A stretch of 64,000 nucleotides of DNA, taken from contig CP070649.1 of the NCBI GenBank assembly GCA_020354575.1, positions 830,504-894,503 on the forward strand. The letters are read 5' to 3'. Below the pieces are notes generated by a model. That model saw only the letters and a list, made by a program, of their open reading frames with translations. It was not told the origin of the DNA and ran no database searches. This DNA comes from Candidatus Bathyarchaeota archaeon. Lineage in GTDB: Archaea; Thermoproteota; Bathyarchaeia; Bathyarchaeales; SOJC01. A program made the translations under genes and the position numbers. Positions 47,686 to 57,670 of the stretch are shown one piece after another (the stretch's first letter is position 1; the number at the start of each line of letters is the position of its first letter).

Positions 47686-49374
47686 GTGTATGAAAAAATG
47701 TCACAACCAGAGCTAACAGGAACCCCTGTTTTGATCCTTCGTGAAGGCTCTTCAAGATCTCGAGGAAGAGATGCCCAGCATGCTAATATCATGGCAGCAA
47801 AAATCGTGGCAGAAGCCGTGAAATCCTCCCTTGGACCTAAAGGCATGGATAAGATGCTTGTCGACAGTTTTGGCGATGTCACGATAACAAGTGACGGTCG
47901 TACTGTTCTTGATGAAATGGACGTGCAACACCCCGCAGCCAAGATGATGGTCGAAGTAGCAAAAACTCAAGATAATGAAGTAGGCGATGGAACAACAACC
48001 GCGGTGGTTTTTTCAGGTGAGCTCCTGTCCCAAGCTGAAGATCTCGTCAACAAAAATGTCCACCCAACCATCATAATAGATGGCTATAAGAAAGCAGCAG
48101 ATGAGGCCCTGAAAGCGTTAGAAAAACTTGCTATCAAAGTACCCCCGACAAGCAAGACGTTTCTCAAGAAGATAGCTATGACTTCAATGGCAAGTAAGTT
48201 GGTTTCAGAAAACCGTGACCATCTTGCAGATTTAGCAGTAGATGCAATCCTATCCGTGGCTGAGAAAACTGGAACCCAGTACAAGGCTGATTTAGACGAC
48301 GTGAAGATCCAGAAGAAACCAGGCGAATCGATAAGAGATACCAACTTAATTAATGGAATTGTCGTCGATAAAGAAGTAGTTCATCCCGGTATGCCAAAAA
48401 GGATAGAGAATGCTAAGATAGCGCTACTCGATACACCCTTAGAGATTGAAAAAACAGAGTTTGACGCGAAAATAAATATTGAGAGCCCTGAGCAGATGGA
48501 AGCTTTTCTCAAACAAGAAGAAAACATGTTGAAGAAGATGGTAGACAAAGTTGTGAAAGTGGGAGCAAATGTAGTCGTTTGCCAAAAAGGCATCGACGAC
48601 TTGGCTCAACATTTCATGGCTAGAAAAAATATCCTGACGGTGCGGCGGGTCAAGAAGTCAGACATGGAAGGCTTAACGAAAGCCACTGGTGGAAAGATAG
48701 TCAGCAACCTAGACGGCATAACCAAGAAGGACCTCGGCTATGCTGCCATAGTGGAAGAGCGTAAGATAGGCGACGACAAAATGACTTTCATTGAAGGCTG
48801 CAAGCATCCCCATTCAGTCACATTACTGATTCGTGGTGGAACAGAACGAATTGTGGATGAAGCTGAGCGTTCCATACATGATGCCCTCTGTGTTATAAGA
48901 GACGTAGTTGAAGAACCAAAAGTTGTTGCAGGTGGCGGTGCCCCGGAACTTGAAGTTGGACGAGTCTTGAAAGACTACGCAGAATCTTTGCCTGGCAGAG
49001 AGCAATTAGCAGTAATGCGCTTCGCAAATGCACTGGAATCAGTGCCCTTAACGCTGGCTGAAAACGCAGGCTTGGATCCAATCGACATAATATCTGAGCT
49101 ACGATCACGACACGAAAAGAAAGAAACGTGGGCAGGAGTAGATGTTTTTAACGGCAAAGTAGGTGACATGAAAAAGGCAGATGTTTATGAACCTCTTGCT
49201 GTGAAAAAACAGATTATCAAATCTGCAACTGAAGCAGCCACCATGATCCTAAAGATCGATGATATCATTGCTTCTGGCAAAGCAAAGATGCCCCCCGGAC
49301 CTCCCCCAGGAGGAATGCCTGGCGGCATGGGAGGAATGGGCGGAATGGGCGGAATGCCTCCAGGAGCGTACTAA
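47686..49374 (+). CDS. ths: thermosome subunit (group II chaperonin)
   Basis: [25 protein letters not shown] and a GGM-repeat C-terminus. TTTATATT TATA-like box at about 47637-47644. Start could be 47698. Confidence 0.93.
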   Translation: MYEKMSQPELTGTPVLILREGSSRSRGRDAQHANIMAAKIVAEAVKSSLGPKGMDKMLVDSFGDVTITSDGRTVLDEMDVQHPAAKMMVEVAKTQDNEVGDGTTTAVVFSGELLSQAEDLVNKNVHPTIIIDGYKKAADEALKALEKLAIKVPPTSKTFLKKIAMTSMASKLVSENRDHLADLAVDAILSVAEKTGTQYKADLDDVKIQKKPGESIRDTNLINGIVVDKEVVHPGMPKRIENAKIALLDTPLEIEKTEFDAKINIESPEQMEAFLKQEENMLKKMVDKVVKVGANVVVCQKGIDDLAQHFMARKNILTVRRVKKSDMEGLTKATGGKIVSNLDGITKKDLGYAAIVEERKIGDDKMTFIEGCKHPHSVTLLIRGGTERIVDEAERSIHDALCVIRDVVEEPKVVAGGGAPELEVGRVLKDYAESLPGREQLAVMRFANALESVPLTLAENAGLDPIDIISELRSRHEKKETWAGVDVFNGKVGDMKKADVYEPLAVKKQIIKSATEAATMILKIDDIIASGKAKMPPGPPPGGMPGGMGGMGGMGGMPPGAY

Positions 49375-49402
49375 AAAGACGTCTTCGCACAACAAAATCG
49401 AA

Positions 49403-49630
49403 GTGGGTCCCCCAAAACTAACCCGCTTCGAGAAGGCTCGAATAATCGGTGCCAGATCGCTTCAAATAGCTATGGGCGCTCCCATCCTAGCCGAGCCTTC
49501 CACCCTTTCTAGTCCTATAGATATTGCTCTAACTGAGCTTGAAAGCGGTATTCTTCCCATGACCATTCGTCGAACACTACCTGATGGAACATTTCAAGAT
49601 ATACCGCTTAAGTGGTTACTTCAAGAATAA
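49403..49630 (+). CDS. rpoK: DNA-directed RNA polymerase subunit K (Rpo6)
   Basis: LTRFEKARIIGARSLQIAMGAPIL...PIDIALTELESGILPMTIRR. An in-frame GTG at 49403 is the only start downstream of the thermosome stop. Confidence 0.85.
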   Translation: MGPPKLTRFEKARIIGARSLQIAMGAPILAEPSTLSSPIDIALTELESGILPMTIRRTLPDGTFQDIPLKWLLQE

Positions 49631-49631
49631 G

Positions 49632-50111
49632 TTAACCAGATGCTAGTATACTTCTCGCTTCTTTGAAAGTTTCAGCGATTCTTTTCCAATGGGCTCCTTG
49701 CCAATAGACTTTACCGCATTCAACACATTCCCAGAAATCTTCATAGAATTTTCTCGTATTAGGGGGAATTTTCTTGGAAACTTTCTCTTTCTTTGTAGGT
49801 CTGATTTTAGTATTACATTTGGGACACCGAGAGTTATCCGGATTGAATTCTAGGCTAATCTGAAATCGTTGCGATAAAGCCGCAAGGCGCTCCGCTTCGT
49901 TTTCTCCCTTGACTAAAAAGACATTTACAGATCGAGCGATTGCCTGTTGTTGTAACTGCAAGTCTCTGGTTAGGAGGACACGTTTTTCATCTTTTGCGAT
50001 TCGTATTAAAGCTTCATCATCTAAATTACTATCGTATTTTACGTCGTGACCTAGCATGCGGAGCCATCGGGTGAATTTCCCCAGCATGCCATCTGTAAGT
50101 ATTTTCAACAT
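49632..50111 (-). CDS. Mut7-C (PIN-like) RNase domain protein
   Basis: DGMLGKFTRWLRMLGHDV plus a C-terminal zinc ribbon (CPKC...CVECG). Confidence 0.8.
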   Translation of the reverse strand: MLKILTDGMLGKFTRWLRMLGHDVKYDSNLDDEALIRIAKDEKRVLLTRDLQLQQQAIARSVNVFLVKGENEAERLAALSQRFQISLEFNPDNSRCPKCNTKIRPTKKEKVSKKIPPNTRKFYEDFWECVECGKVYWQGAHWKRIAETFKEARSILASG

Positions 50112-50273
50112 GCCTTCAAAATAACTACGTTACTTCCATTACACATTAATGTTCTCTGGGTTTTGGTATAGCGTGATTCTTATATGCAGGCGTGTTAATC
50201 TTCAGAATCGCTGCGTCTACGCACTTACTAGTCGCTTACACTTGGAAGATTAACTTAGCAAAGAGGTCAGATA

Positions 50274-50714
50274 TTGAAATCTATCGAGGTTCGTACTTTA
50301 AAGATCCAAGATTACGAGGCAATGATCAACCTTTGGAGACAGGCAGACCTGCCCTTCAAACCTAAAGGTAGGGATAGTAAAAGCGAGATCCAAAAACAGA
50401 TGGAGGCGGTTCCGGAATATTTTATTGGTGCTTTTCATCAAGATAAGCTTGTAGGAGTGGTAATTGGTAGTTATGATGGAAGAATGAAAGGATGGATTAA
50501 CCGCTTAGCAGTCCACCCTGCTTACAGACAAAAAGGCATCGCCCAGCAACTCACGAGGAACGTGGAAAAGACTTTGAAAGAGCATGGAGCCGCAATTTTC
50601 TGTGCGCTCATTGAGGCTCCCAACAAAGAGTCGTTTGACCTTTTTCAAAAATTAGGATATAGCATCCATAGAGAAACATTATATGTTACAAAAAGGAGAA
50701 GCAAAGACCTCTAG
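50274..50714 (+). CDS. GNAT family N-acetyltransferase
   Basis: LAVHPAYRQKGIAQQL acetyl-CoA binding motif. TTG start. Confidence 0.85.
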   Translation: MKSIEVRTLKIQDYEAMINLWRQADLPFKPKGRDSKSEIQKQMEAVPEYFIGAFHQDKLVGVVIGSYDGRMKGWINRLAVHPAYRQKGIAQQLTRNVEKTLKEHGAAIFCALIEAPNKESFDLFQKLGYSIHRETLYVTKRRSKDL

Positions 50715-50854
50715 GTGCATGTATGCATAAGCGAACAAGAAGATTTCATGGATTTTGCTCAGGTTTTGGCTTCCTTTCTAGACATTTTACTTCTATGACT
50801 TCAGCTAAGACTAATTACTTATGGAGAAGTTTAAAATCCAACCTGTTACCATAG

Positions 50855-51631
50855 ATTTCATCAATAGATGCGAGGGAGCAAACAATAGCAATTAAGAGTC
50901 CACTCGTCTCAATAATAATCCCGACATATTGCGAAGAGGAAAATATCGAGCGATGCATACGGAGCATCAAAAGGCAAAGATTATTTGAGAGTGAAAAAGT
51001 CGAGATCATCGTTGTAGATAGTAATAGCCCAGATGACACCAGAGTAAAAAGTGAGAGGCATGCTGACAAAGTTATAACCATTAAAGATCGCGGTGTCAGC
51101 AAAGCCCGAAATGCTGGGGCTAATCAAGCGAGGGGAGAGTTTCTACTCTTCTTAGACGCAGATACCCTTCTGGATCCTGAATTTCTTGATGAAATGTGTC
51201 AGAGCTTTGCTAATCCTGAAGTGGTCTGTATCTCAGGCTCTGTTATTGGGCTCGAACAGCTCGGGTTCTTAGACAATTTGTTCAAGGTGTTGCATTATGG
51301 TTTCATGAATAAAGTTGCCGCTTTGACAGCACACATAGGTTTTCCCCTTTTTCCCACTGTTTGTTGTGCTTGTCGAAAATCCATCTTTCGTGAAATTGGG
51401 GGCTTTGATGAAGGACTAGCAATAGCTGAGGATTTAACCTTCTCTTTAAAAATCGGAAAAGCTGGAAAGTGCCAGCTTAGCAAAAAAGCCAAGGCCTACA
51501 CTTCATTGAGGCGTGTCAAAAAGAATGGACGGATGAAGAACTACTTCATTTACTTCAAGAATTATTTTAGGGTCTTCATTCTCAATCAGAAGCCCTGGAT
51601 ATCTGAATTTCCACACACTCAAGAAATCTAA
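50855..51631 (+). pseudogene. family-2 glycosyltransferase with no canonical start codon (frameshifted or non-canonical initiation)
   Basis: In-frame translation from 50855 gives ...SPLVSIIIPTYCEEENIERC...VVDSNSPDDT...ARNAGANQARGEFLLFLDADT..., a complete GT-A N-domain. The first ATG/GTG/TTG in this frame is at 51194. An ATG at 50821 lies in a different frame and stops at 50895. Confidence 0.7.
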
Positions 51632-51653
51632 TCACTCAGGCTCCTGGGCAACT

Positions 51654-52316
51654 TTATTTCATGGCAACGAGCCATAATTCTGGAAACAATGAAATCACCC
51701 TTTTGGACTGAGCAAAAATTCGGATTCCTCGAAAAGCATAGGCAATCATACCCGAACAGGCTCTTATTTTAAGCCCTAGTTTTGTCAGAATAGCCTTCCA
51801 TTGTTGGAGATTAAAATCATTCGAGTGTGTTTCATCTCCTAAACCCAAATGCCCGAAGAGATGCCATACTAGTGGGTTGGGTAATTGAAGGAAGAGTATC
51901 CCGTTTTTCTTCAAGATTCTTACAATGTCTCTTAAGCACTCGTTTAGATGAGAAATGTGTTCCAAAGTGTCAACAACAGTCACCACCTCGAATGTTTCGT
52001 CTTTGAACGGAAGAGTCTTGGCTGCAGCTCTAGCGATCGTCCCTCTACAGTATTTCTTTGACTTCTTGACTGCAAATCGAGATATATCTATTCCGTATGA
52101 TTCGTAACGTTGAGAAGCAGTAGCGACAAATAGACCATAAGCGCATCCAACGTCGAGAAGTCTTCCTTCATTTTTATACTTTCGAATGAGTTTCAGCATT
52201 TCTTTCCAGTGGGGGAAATTTCTGAAATTCTCATAGCAACCAACCGTCCACCAATAATTGGATTTTCGACCTTCGAAATAAGCTTCATCGTAGGAGTTTT
52301 TGTCCACTTGTCTCAC
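51654..52316 (-). CDS. class I SAM-dependent methyltransferase
   Basis: LLDVGCAYG motif I and VVTVVDTLEH. Confidence 0.8.
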   Translation of the reverse strand: MRQVDKNSYDEAYFEGRKSNYWWTVGCYENFRNFPHWKEMLKLIRKYKNEGRLLDVGCAYGLFVATASQRYESYGIDISRFAVKKSKKYCRGTIARAAAKTLPFKDETFEVVTVVDTLEHISHLNECLRDIVRILKKNGILFLQLPNPLVWHLFGHLGLGDETHSNDFNLQQWKAILTKLGLKIRACSGMIAYAFRGIRIFAQSKRVISLFPELWLVAMK

Positions 52317-52342
52317 TCAGTTTACTTTCTTCTTAGTGGAGG

Positions 52343-53692
52343 TTAATTTGAGTTTGCAGGGCTTAAAATCTTTCCAGCGACCCCTTTAGCTATAACTTCC
52401 CCTTCATCCATAACTAGTTTACCATTCACAAAGGTTTTTATGGGAACCCCTTTAACGTCCCACTTGTCAAAAGGGGAGTATTTTGCCTTTGAATAGAAAT
52501 GACTCGCGTCTATCTTACTCTTCCGACGCATATCAACAACAGTAATATTGGCATCATAATCTTTTCTCAAGAACCCATTCTGATTTAGATGAAAGATTTT
52601 TGCCGGATTTTCTGCTGTAAGTCTTACGACGTCGTTCACACTAAACCATCCCTCATTTACCTTTGTTAAAAGCAAGGGCAATAGCGTTTCAAGTCCAGGG
52701 ATTCCCGGCTTCACATTCCATACGGAGTCAACCATCTTTTCGTCTATCGAGTGTGGAGCGTGATCAGATGCGATGATATCAATCTGACGGGCTTTCACAG
52801 CTTCCCAGAGCTCTATCATGGTTTTTCTGCTTCTCACAGGAGGATCCGTAAGTAGCAAATTTCCTTGTTGTTTGAAGCCTTGAGAAGTTAATAATAGGTG
52901 ATGGGGAGTGACTTCACAGCTGACTCGCGAGCCGCTTTTTGCTGCTTTTTGAATGAGTGTAAGCGCTTGGCTAGAGCTTATGTGGCAAAAATGAATATGA
53001 GCGCTAGAGTTTCGGGTGATTCTGAGAATTCTTGCGACAGCCTTGGTTTCTGCTTCTGGCGTGTGCGCCTTTTGATAAGCATCACTTGTCTCATGTCCCA
53101 AGGTCTGCTCATGATCTGCAATCGACTTTATGATTTTTCGATCCTCCGCATGAACTGCTACTGGGACTCCCAATCTACTCGCTGCGTTGAAGGCGTGTAG
53201 AAGAGCTTCATCATCATCAATGTCGAGGTCGCCAACTTGCGAGGTAAGATACACCTTGAACGCTATCGCTCCTTCTCGAGCCACCTCCTCGATTTCATCG
53301 GTTTTTTGGGAAAATGCCGAATAGAAGCCCACATTTGCGACAACCACCTGCTGGGCCAATAGAATTCTTTCTCTGAGAGAGGACGAATCCATAGTAATTG
53401 GTTGGTTATTGGGCATATCTAGAACGGATGTTATGCCTCCGACCACAGCAGCTGCTGTCCCCGTTCTAAAGTCTTCTTTGTAAGCTTGAAGCTGGTCACG
53501 AAGATGCACATGAACATCAATCAAGCCTGGGAGCGCTAAACAACCATTTAAGTCGATATAGTCCTCTGCAACTGGCAAATGGGCTTCCTTCGCAACTTCA
53601 ATTATTCTGCCATTCTTGATCGCGATTCCCGCATCCAAAACCTCGCCTTTGGTGTAGACTTTCGCATTATGAAGAACTGTGTCAGCCCTCAA
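52343..53692 (-). CDS. pyrC: dihydroorotase (cyclic amidohydrolase)
   Basis: PGLIDVHVHLRD...GTAAAVVGGITSV...HAED...SDHAPH. Dihydroorotase over allantoinase is inferred. Confidence 0.7.
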   Translation of the reverse strand: MRADTVLHNAKVYTKGEVLDAGIAIKNGRIIEVAKEAHLPVAEDYIDLNGCLALPGLIDVHVHLRDQLQAYKEDFRTGTAAAVVGGITSVLDMPNNQPITMDSSSLRERILLAQQVVVANVGFYSAFSQKTDEIEEVAREGAIAFKVYLTSQVGDLDIDDDEALLHAFNAASRLGVPVAVHAEDRKIIKSIADHEQTLGHETSDAYQKAHTPEAETKAVARILRITRNSSAHIHFCHISSSQALTLIQKAAKSGSRVSCEVTPHHLLLTSQGFKQQGNLLLTDPPVRSRKTMIELWEAVKARQIDIIASDHAPHSIDEKMVDSVWNVKPGIPGLETLLPLLLTKVNEGWFSVNDVVRLTAENPAKIFHLNQNGFLRKDYDANITVVDMRRKSKIDASHFYSKAKYSPFDKWDVKGVPIKTFVNGKLVMDEGEVIAKGVAGKILSPANSN

Positions 53693-53926
53693 AGTTTCTT
53701 TTTCACCCGTCTCTCTTTTGCTGCAAAATGCTCTCTACCAGACATAAGATATACGCTTGTGCAATTTCTAATGCTTGTGGTTCTCATATGGATCTTTTCC
53801 CATTAACGTATCAGTTTGCACATCTTTTCATTTTCGGGTGATTTGCCCGTTTATTCAGCTGAATCGCAGAAAGCAAGCATGTTCTGTCCGAAGGATTTAT
53901 TTTCTTGCTGCTGGTAAAAAACCGCT

Positions 53927-54958
53927 GTGCCAATTAGAAAATCCAATAACAAAGAACAAATTTCAGTAGCCAAAATTCGAGTCTCTTCAGGCTCCGCCAT
54001 AGTTCTAGGTTTAATGGAAGGTGTTCTAAACGCCAAGCCAACAACTGCTTACTTGCTCACTTACATCGAAAGCAAATGCATGGCAAACTGTGGCTTCTGT
54101 TCCCAGGCAAAGAACAGTGAAAGCCGGGCAGATCGGCTTTCCAGGGTGGCTTGGCCTGTTTTTGCAACGAAACAAGTGCTACCTAAATTGAGAGCTGCAA
54201 TAGACCGAAAGGAAATTGCTCGGGTTTGCATTCAAGCCTTGAATTATCCGACTATTCTGGAGGATCTATTAGCTCTGGTGAAAAGCATCAAGTACCAGAG
54301 GATTGATGTTCCGATATCCGTTTCATGTCAACCTTTAGAAAAATCCCAAATGACCAAGCTGGCAGAGGCTGGGATTCAACGGATCGGAATAGCTCTAGAC
54401 GCCGCAACAGAGAGTATTTTTAATCGAGTTAAAGGCAGCCTAGCTGGTGGACCCTATGATTGGAATAGACAACGCGCAGCCCTGTTGGAGGCTCTGGAGG
54501 TGTTTGGGAAAAATGGGGTTAGCACCCATCTAATTGTTGGATTAGGGGAAACGGAACGGGAAATGATCGAAACTATTCAGTGGTGTGTGGATCATCATAT
54601 ATATCCTGCTCTCTTCGCCTTTACGCCGATACATGGGATAGCTATGGAGAATAGTCAGCCTCCAACGATAAATCGTTATAGAAGAATTCAACTCGCCCGC
54701 TACTTCTTGGTTCATGGAATGGCAAGGTTTGAAGAGATGATTTTTGGTGAAAAAGGTCTGATAACTGGTTTCGGTGCTTCACGAGTTCAAGTAAGAAAGG
54801 CGATCCAAAGTGGAAAACCTTTCTTGACTTCAGGATGCCCCAATTGCAACCGTCCGTACTATAACGAAAAACCAAGTGGGCCCATCTACAATTTTCCGGA
54901 ATCACCAACCCAAAGCGAGATCAAAAGAATTGAAAACCAATTAGGATTTGGCGATTAA
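53927..54958 (+). CDS. radical SAM protein (unassigned subfamily)
   Basis: CMANCGFCSQ cluster and a TIM-barrel-length core. Extra C-terminal CPNC pair. Start uncertain. Confidence 0.7.
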   Translation: MPIRKSNNKEQISVAKIRVSSGSAIVLGLMEGVLNAKPTTAYLLTYIESKCMANCGFCSQAKNSESRADRLSRVAWPVFATKQVLPKLRAAIDRKEIARVCIQALNYPTILEDLLALVKSIKYQRIDVPISVSCQPLEKSQMTKLAEAGIQRIGIALDAATESIFNRVKGSLAGGPYDWNRQRAALLEALEVFGKNGVSTHLIVGLGETEREMIETIQWCVDHHIYPALFAFTPIHGIAMENSQPPTINRYRRIQLARYFLVHGMARFEEMIFGEKGLITGFGASRVQVRKAIQSGKPFLTSGCPNCNRPYYNEKPSGPIYNFPESPTQSEIKRIENQLGFGD

Positions 54959-54994
54959 ATTTCGTTGTGTAGGATTCATCCGGTCAATTTGCTG

Positions 54995-55276
54995 CTACTT
55001 CTTTGGCTTCTTTTTTCTATATAGCATGAAAGTGTGCCCTCTAACCTCTACAAGGCTAGAGTTGGTCCGCTCTGCAATCTGATGAGCAATCACCTTAGCG
55101 GTTGTCTCTCTCAAAGCAGTTTTCAGAATCTTTACTTTCAGCATTTCTTTTCTTTCTAATTGTCCGTCAATCTCGACAATGATCTCTGTTGAGACCCCGT
55201 TCTTCCCTATTAGGACTTGAGGTCTTTCATCGCTTAGCTTTCTCTTCACTTTGCGTTGAATTTTTGGCGTAAGCAC
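54995..55276 (-). CDS. YhbY/CRM-domain RNA-binding protein
   Basis: RKLSDERPQVLIGKNGVSTEII.EI...L.K.E.LKVKI pattern. Its start lies 50 nt inside the end of rnp4. Confidence 0.75.
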   Translation of the reverse strand: MLTPKIQRKVKRKLSDERPQVLIGKNGVSTEIIVEIDGQLERKEMLKVKILKTALRETTAKVIAHQIAERTNSSLVEVRGHTFMLYRKKKPKK

Positions 55277-55586
55277 GTTTTGTTTTCTCCTTAATCGGAA
55301 ACCTCATCTGCTTGCCACAGTAGCCGCAAGTAATTACTCTGTGGGGTTCCCTGCGGTGTTGAATGCGTACTCGACAATTGACACCTGGCAAGATAAACTT
55401 TTTACATCCTCGACATATTTTCCATCGATGTTCTTTCGGAATATGTACTCTAACTGCCATGGCAATCTTTCTGGCGATCGTGATGTACCGTTGTGCTAAT
55501 TCTTCGTCTTCGTGAATCATGTCTTGAGCGAGCTGGAAGAGCTTGTGAATACGTTCTACTGCAATTCTCTTTTTTGCGGCGCTCAA
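55227..55586 (-). CDS. rnp4: ribonuclease P protein component 4 (Rpp21)
   Basis: RIHKLFQLA...YITIARKIAM..RV.IP...R.ICRGC...L.PG.N..VR....CGYCG. Confidence 0.85.
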   Translation of the reverse strand: MSAAKKRIAVERIHKLFQLAQDMIHEDEELAQRYITIARKIAMAVRVHIPKEHRWKICRGCKKFILPGVNCRVRIQHRREPHRVITCGYCGKQMRFPIKEKTKRAYAKNSTQSEEKAKR

Positions 55587-55778
55587 TCGACTTGTTTTCC
55601 TTTGGAAGCAAATCTTGGTATTTTATCAATTACATATCATTTTCATTGAAATAATTTTCTTTAACCTGAAAACCAATATAAATGTCAATCTGTGAGAACA
55701 CATGCTTCCACGAGTACGGAGAAATGCATAGGTGGGAATCGGTAGAGGTGCGATTTCTTTTTATATTAGAACGCATGT

Positions 55779-55967
55779 TTGAAAATGCGATTAACCTTGG
55801 GTTTAAGATCCTTCCTTCAATCTGTCAGTCGATTGTTAAGGCTTGCGACAAAACCTGGTCGATCTGAGCTTTGGCAATCTGTGAAGATTTGTATACTTGG
55901 CATCTCTTTAGTAGGTGTCATTGGTTTTCTTATTAAGCTAATTTCAATGTTTATGCAGGCTCTGTAA
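55779..55967 (+). CDS. secE: preprotein translocase subunit SecE (Sec61 gamma)
   Basis: LLRLATKPGRSELW plus a single TM helix. Located directly upstream of spt5. Confidence 0.8.
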   Translation: MKMRLTLGLRSFLQSVSRLLRLATKPGRSELWQSVKICILGISLVGVIGFLIKLISMFMQAL

Positions 55968-55983
55968 TAATGGTGAGTGACAA

Positions 55984-56463
55984 ATGTCAGCAGACGAAGA
56001 ATCGGCAACGACTTCTATTTTCGCTGTTCGCACTACTGCTGGGCAAGAGAGAAATGTTGCTAATTTGATTGCTGTCAGAATTTCAAGCACTAGTTTGCCT
56101 ATTAAGGCAATTCTAGTGCCGGAGATGTTAAAAGGTTATGTTTTTGTGGAGGCGGAAGGGCCTCATTTTGTTGAAGAAGCCATCCTTGGCATTAAGCATG
56201 TAAGGTCTCGTGTTCCTGGAATCGTGAATTTCTCAGAAATCGAGAAGTACATTGTAGTTAAGCCCATTATCGAGGAATTGGATGTTCATGATGTTGTGGA
56301 GATCATCAGTGGACCTTTCAAAGGTATGAAAGCGAAGATTACTCGTATCGACAAGACGAAGAGTGAAGTTATTCTGGAGCTTTTAGAGGCTACTTTTACT
56401 CTTCCCATCACGGTTCATGCGGATTATGTTAGAGTTGTTGAAAAAGCGAAGGTGGAGACGTAA
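55984..56463 (+). CDS. spt5: transcription elongation factor Spt5 (NusG)
   Basis: NGN domain (IFAVRTTAGQERNVA) and KOW (GPFKGMKAKITRIDK). Confidence 0.9.
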   Translation: MSADEESATTSIFAVRTTAGQERNVANLIAVRISSTSLPIKAILVPEMLKGYVFVEAEGPHFVEEAILGIKHVRSRVPGIVNFSEIEKYIVVKPIIEELDVHDVVEIISGPFKGMKAKITRIDKTKSEVILELLEATFTLPITVHADYVRVVEKAKVET

Positions 56464-56466
56464 AAG

Positions 56467-56955
56467 TTGGTAGAGAAAAAAACAGTTGATGCATTGATAA
56501 GTGGCGGGCAAGCAACAGCTGGACCTCCATTAGGTCCTGCTTTAGGACCCTTAGGAGTCAATGTTTTGGCCATAGTGAACAAGATTAACGAACTGACAAA
56601 GGATTACGCGGGCATGAAAGTGCCTGTCAAGATTGCAGTTGATCCTGAAACTAAGGCGTTTGAAATTTCAATTGGCACACCTACAACTTCCGCTCTCATT
56701 GTTAGTGCGCTGAAGATTGAGAAGGGCTCTGGAAGCCCGAAAGAGGAAAAAGTGGGCAATCTTACTATGACCCAAGTTGTGGATCTTGCTAGCAAAAAGC
56801 AGCCACAATTGCTTGCGAAATCACTTAAACTTGCTGTAAAGGAAATCCTAGGTAGCTGTGTTAGTATGGGAGTGACAGTGGATGATAAAGACCCGCGCGA
56901 AGTGCAACGAGAGATTGATGAGGGCGAACATTCTTCTCTGTTTGAAAAGGAGTAG
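56467..56955 (+). CDS. rpl11: 50S ribosomal protein uL11
   Basis: GGQATAGPPLGPALGPLGVN. TTG start. Confidence 0.93.
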   Translation: MVEKKTVDALISGGQATAGPPLGPALGPLGVNVLAIVNKINELTKDYAGMKVPVKIAVDPETKAFEISIGTPTTSALIVSALKIEKGSGSPKEEKVGNLTMTQVVDLASKKQPQLLAKSLKLAVKEILGSCVSMGVTVDDKDPREVQREIDEGEHSSLFEKE

Positions 56956-57008
56956 TAACAATCTTTTTATAACGGAATTTCATACGAGATTTGGCACGAG
57001 GCAGGGCA

Positions 57009-57659
57009 ATGTCGCTGGATACAAAAATGATACTCGAAACGGTCAAGTTAGCTAAAGAGAATTCTGGAGGGAAAAAATTCAACCAAACTATGGAATTGAT
57101 TATTAACCTTCAGGACATTGATATGAAAAAGCCTGAAGCAAAGATCCAAGAGACAATTGAGCTTCCTCACACTCCGAAAAAAAAGACAAGAACCTGTGTA
57201 ATTGCAACCGGTGAACTTGCCCTCAAGGCGAAAAAGGCTGGTGCAGATCTTATTATGGGTAAAGCTGAATTGGAATCATTGGCCACCGACAAAAAAGGTC
57301 AAAAGAAACTCGCAAATGACTATGACTCTTTCATTGCCGAAGCCCCACTCATGGTTCTTGTGGGGAGGACCCTAGGTCCAACTCTCGGACCCAGAGGAAA
57401 GATGCCGAAACCTGTCCCTCCTTCCATCGACATCAAGAATCAAATTTCTAGATCCGGAAAAACTGTAACCTTGAGACTACGTGGTCAGCCCACTCTTCAG
57501 TGCGCTGTGGGTACAGAGGACATGAAGGACGAAGAAATCGCAGCAAATGTTATGGCAGTAGTAAGGAGAATTGAAGGAAAACTTAAAAGGGGCCTCAAAA
57601 ACATTTCGTCAATCTGTCTGAAAACCACTATGGGTAAACCCGCGAAAATCAAGCTTTGA
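57009..57659 (+). CDS. rpl1: 50S ribosomal protein uL1
   Basis: FNQTMELIINL...GKMPKP. Start at MSLDTK. Confidence 0.92.
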   Translation: MSLDTKMILETVKLAKENSGGKKFNQTMELIINLQDIDMKKPEAKIQETIELPHTPKKKTRTCVIATGELALKAKKAGADLIMGKAELESLATDKKGQKKLANDYDSFIAEAPLMVLVGRTLGPTLGPRGKMPKPVPPSIDIKNQISRSGKTVTLRLRGQPTLQCAVGTEDMKDEEIAANVMAVVRRIEGKLKRGLKNISSICLKTTMGKPAKIKL

Positions 57660-57670
57660 AGGAGAAAGCA

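Noticed and set aside
49300-49374. GGAATG-type tandem repeats at the thermosome 3' end
   Set aside because: They encode the normal GGM-repeat C-terminal tail of group II chaperonins.
49259-49402. N-terminal 48 codons of the ORF-track rpoK ORF
   Set aside because: This part overlaps the thermosome C-terminus in another frame. The conserved Rpo6 sequence begins only after the in-frame GTG at 49403.
50815-51102. 95-aa minus-strand ORF
   Set aside because: It is antisense to the clearly recognisable GT2 catalytic domain on the plus strand.
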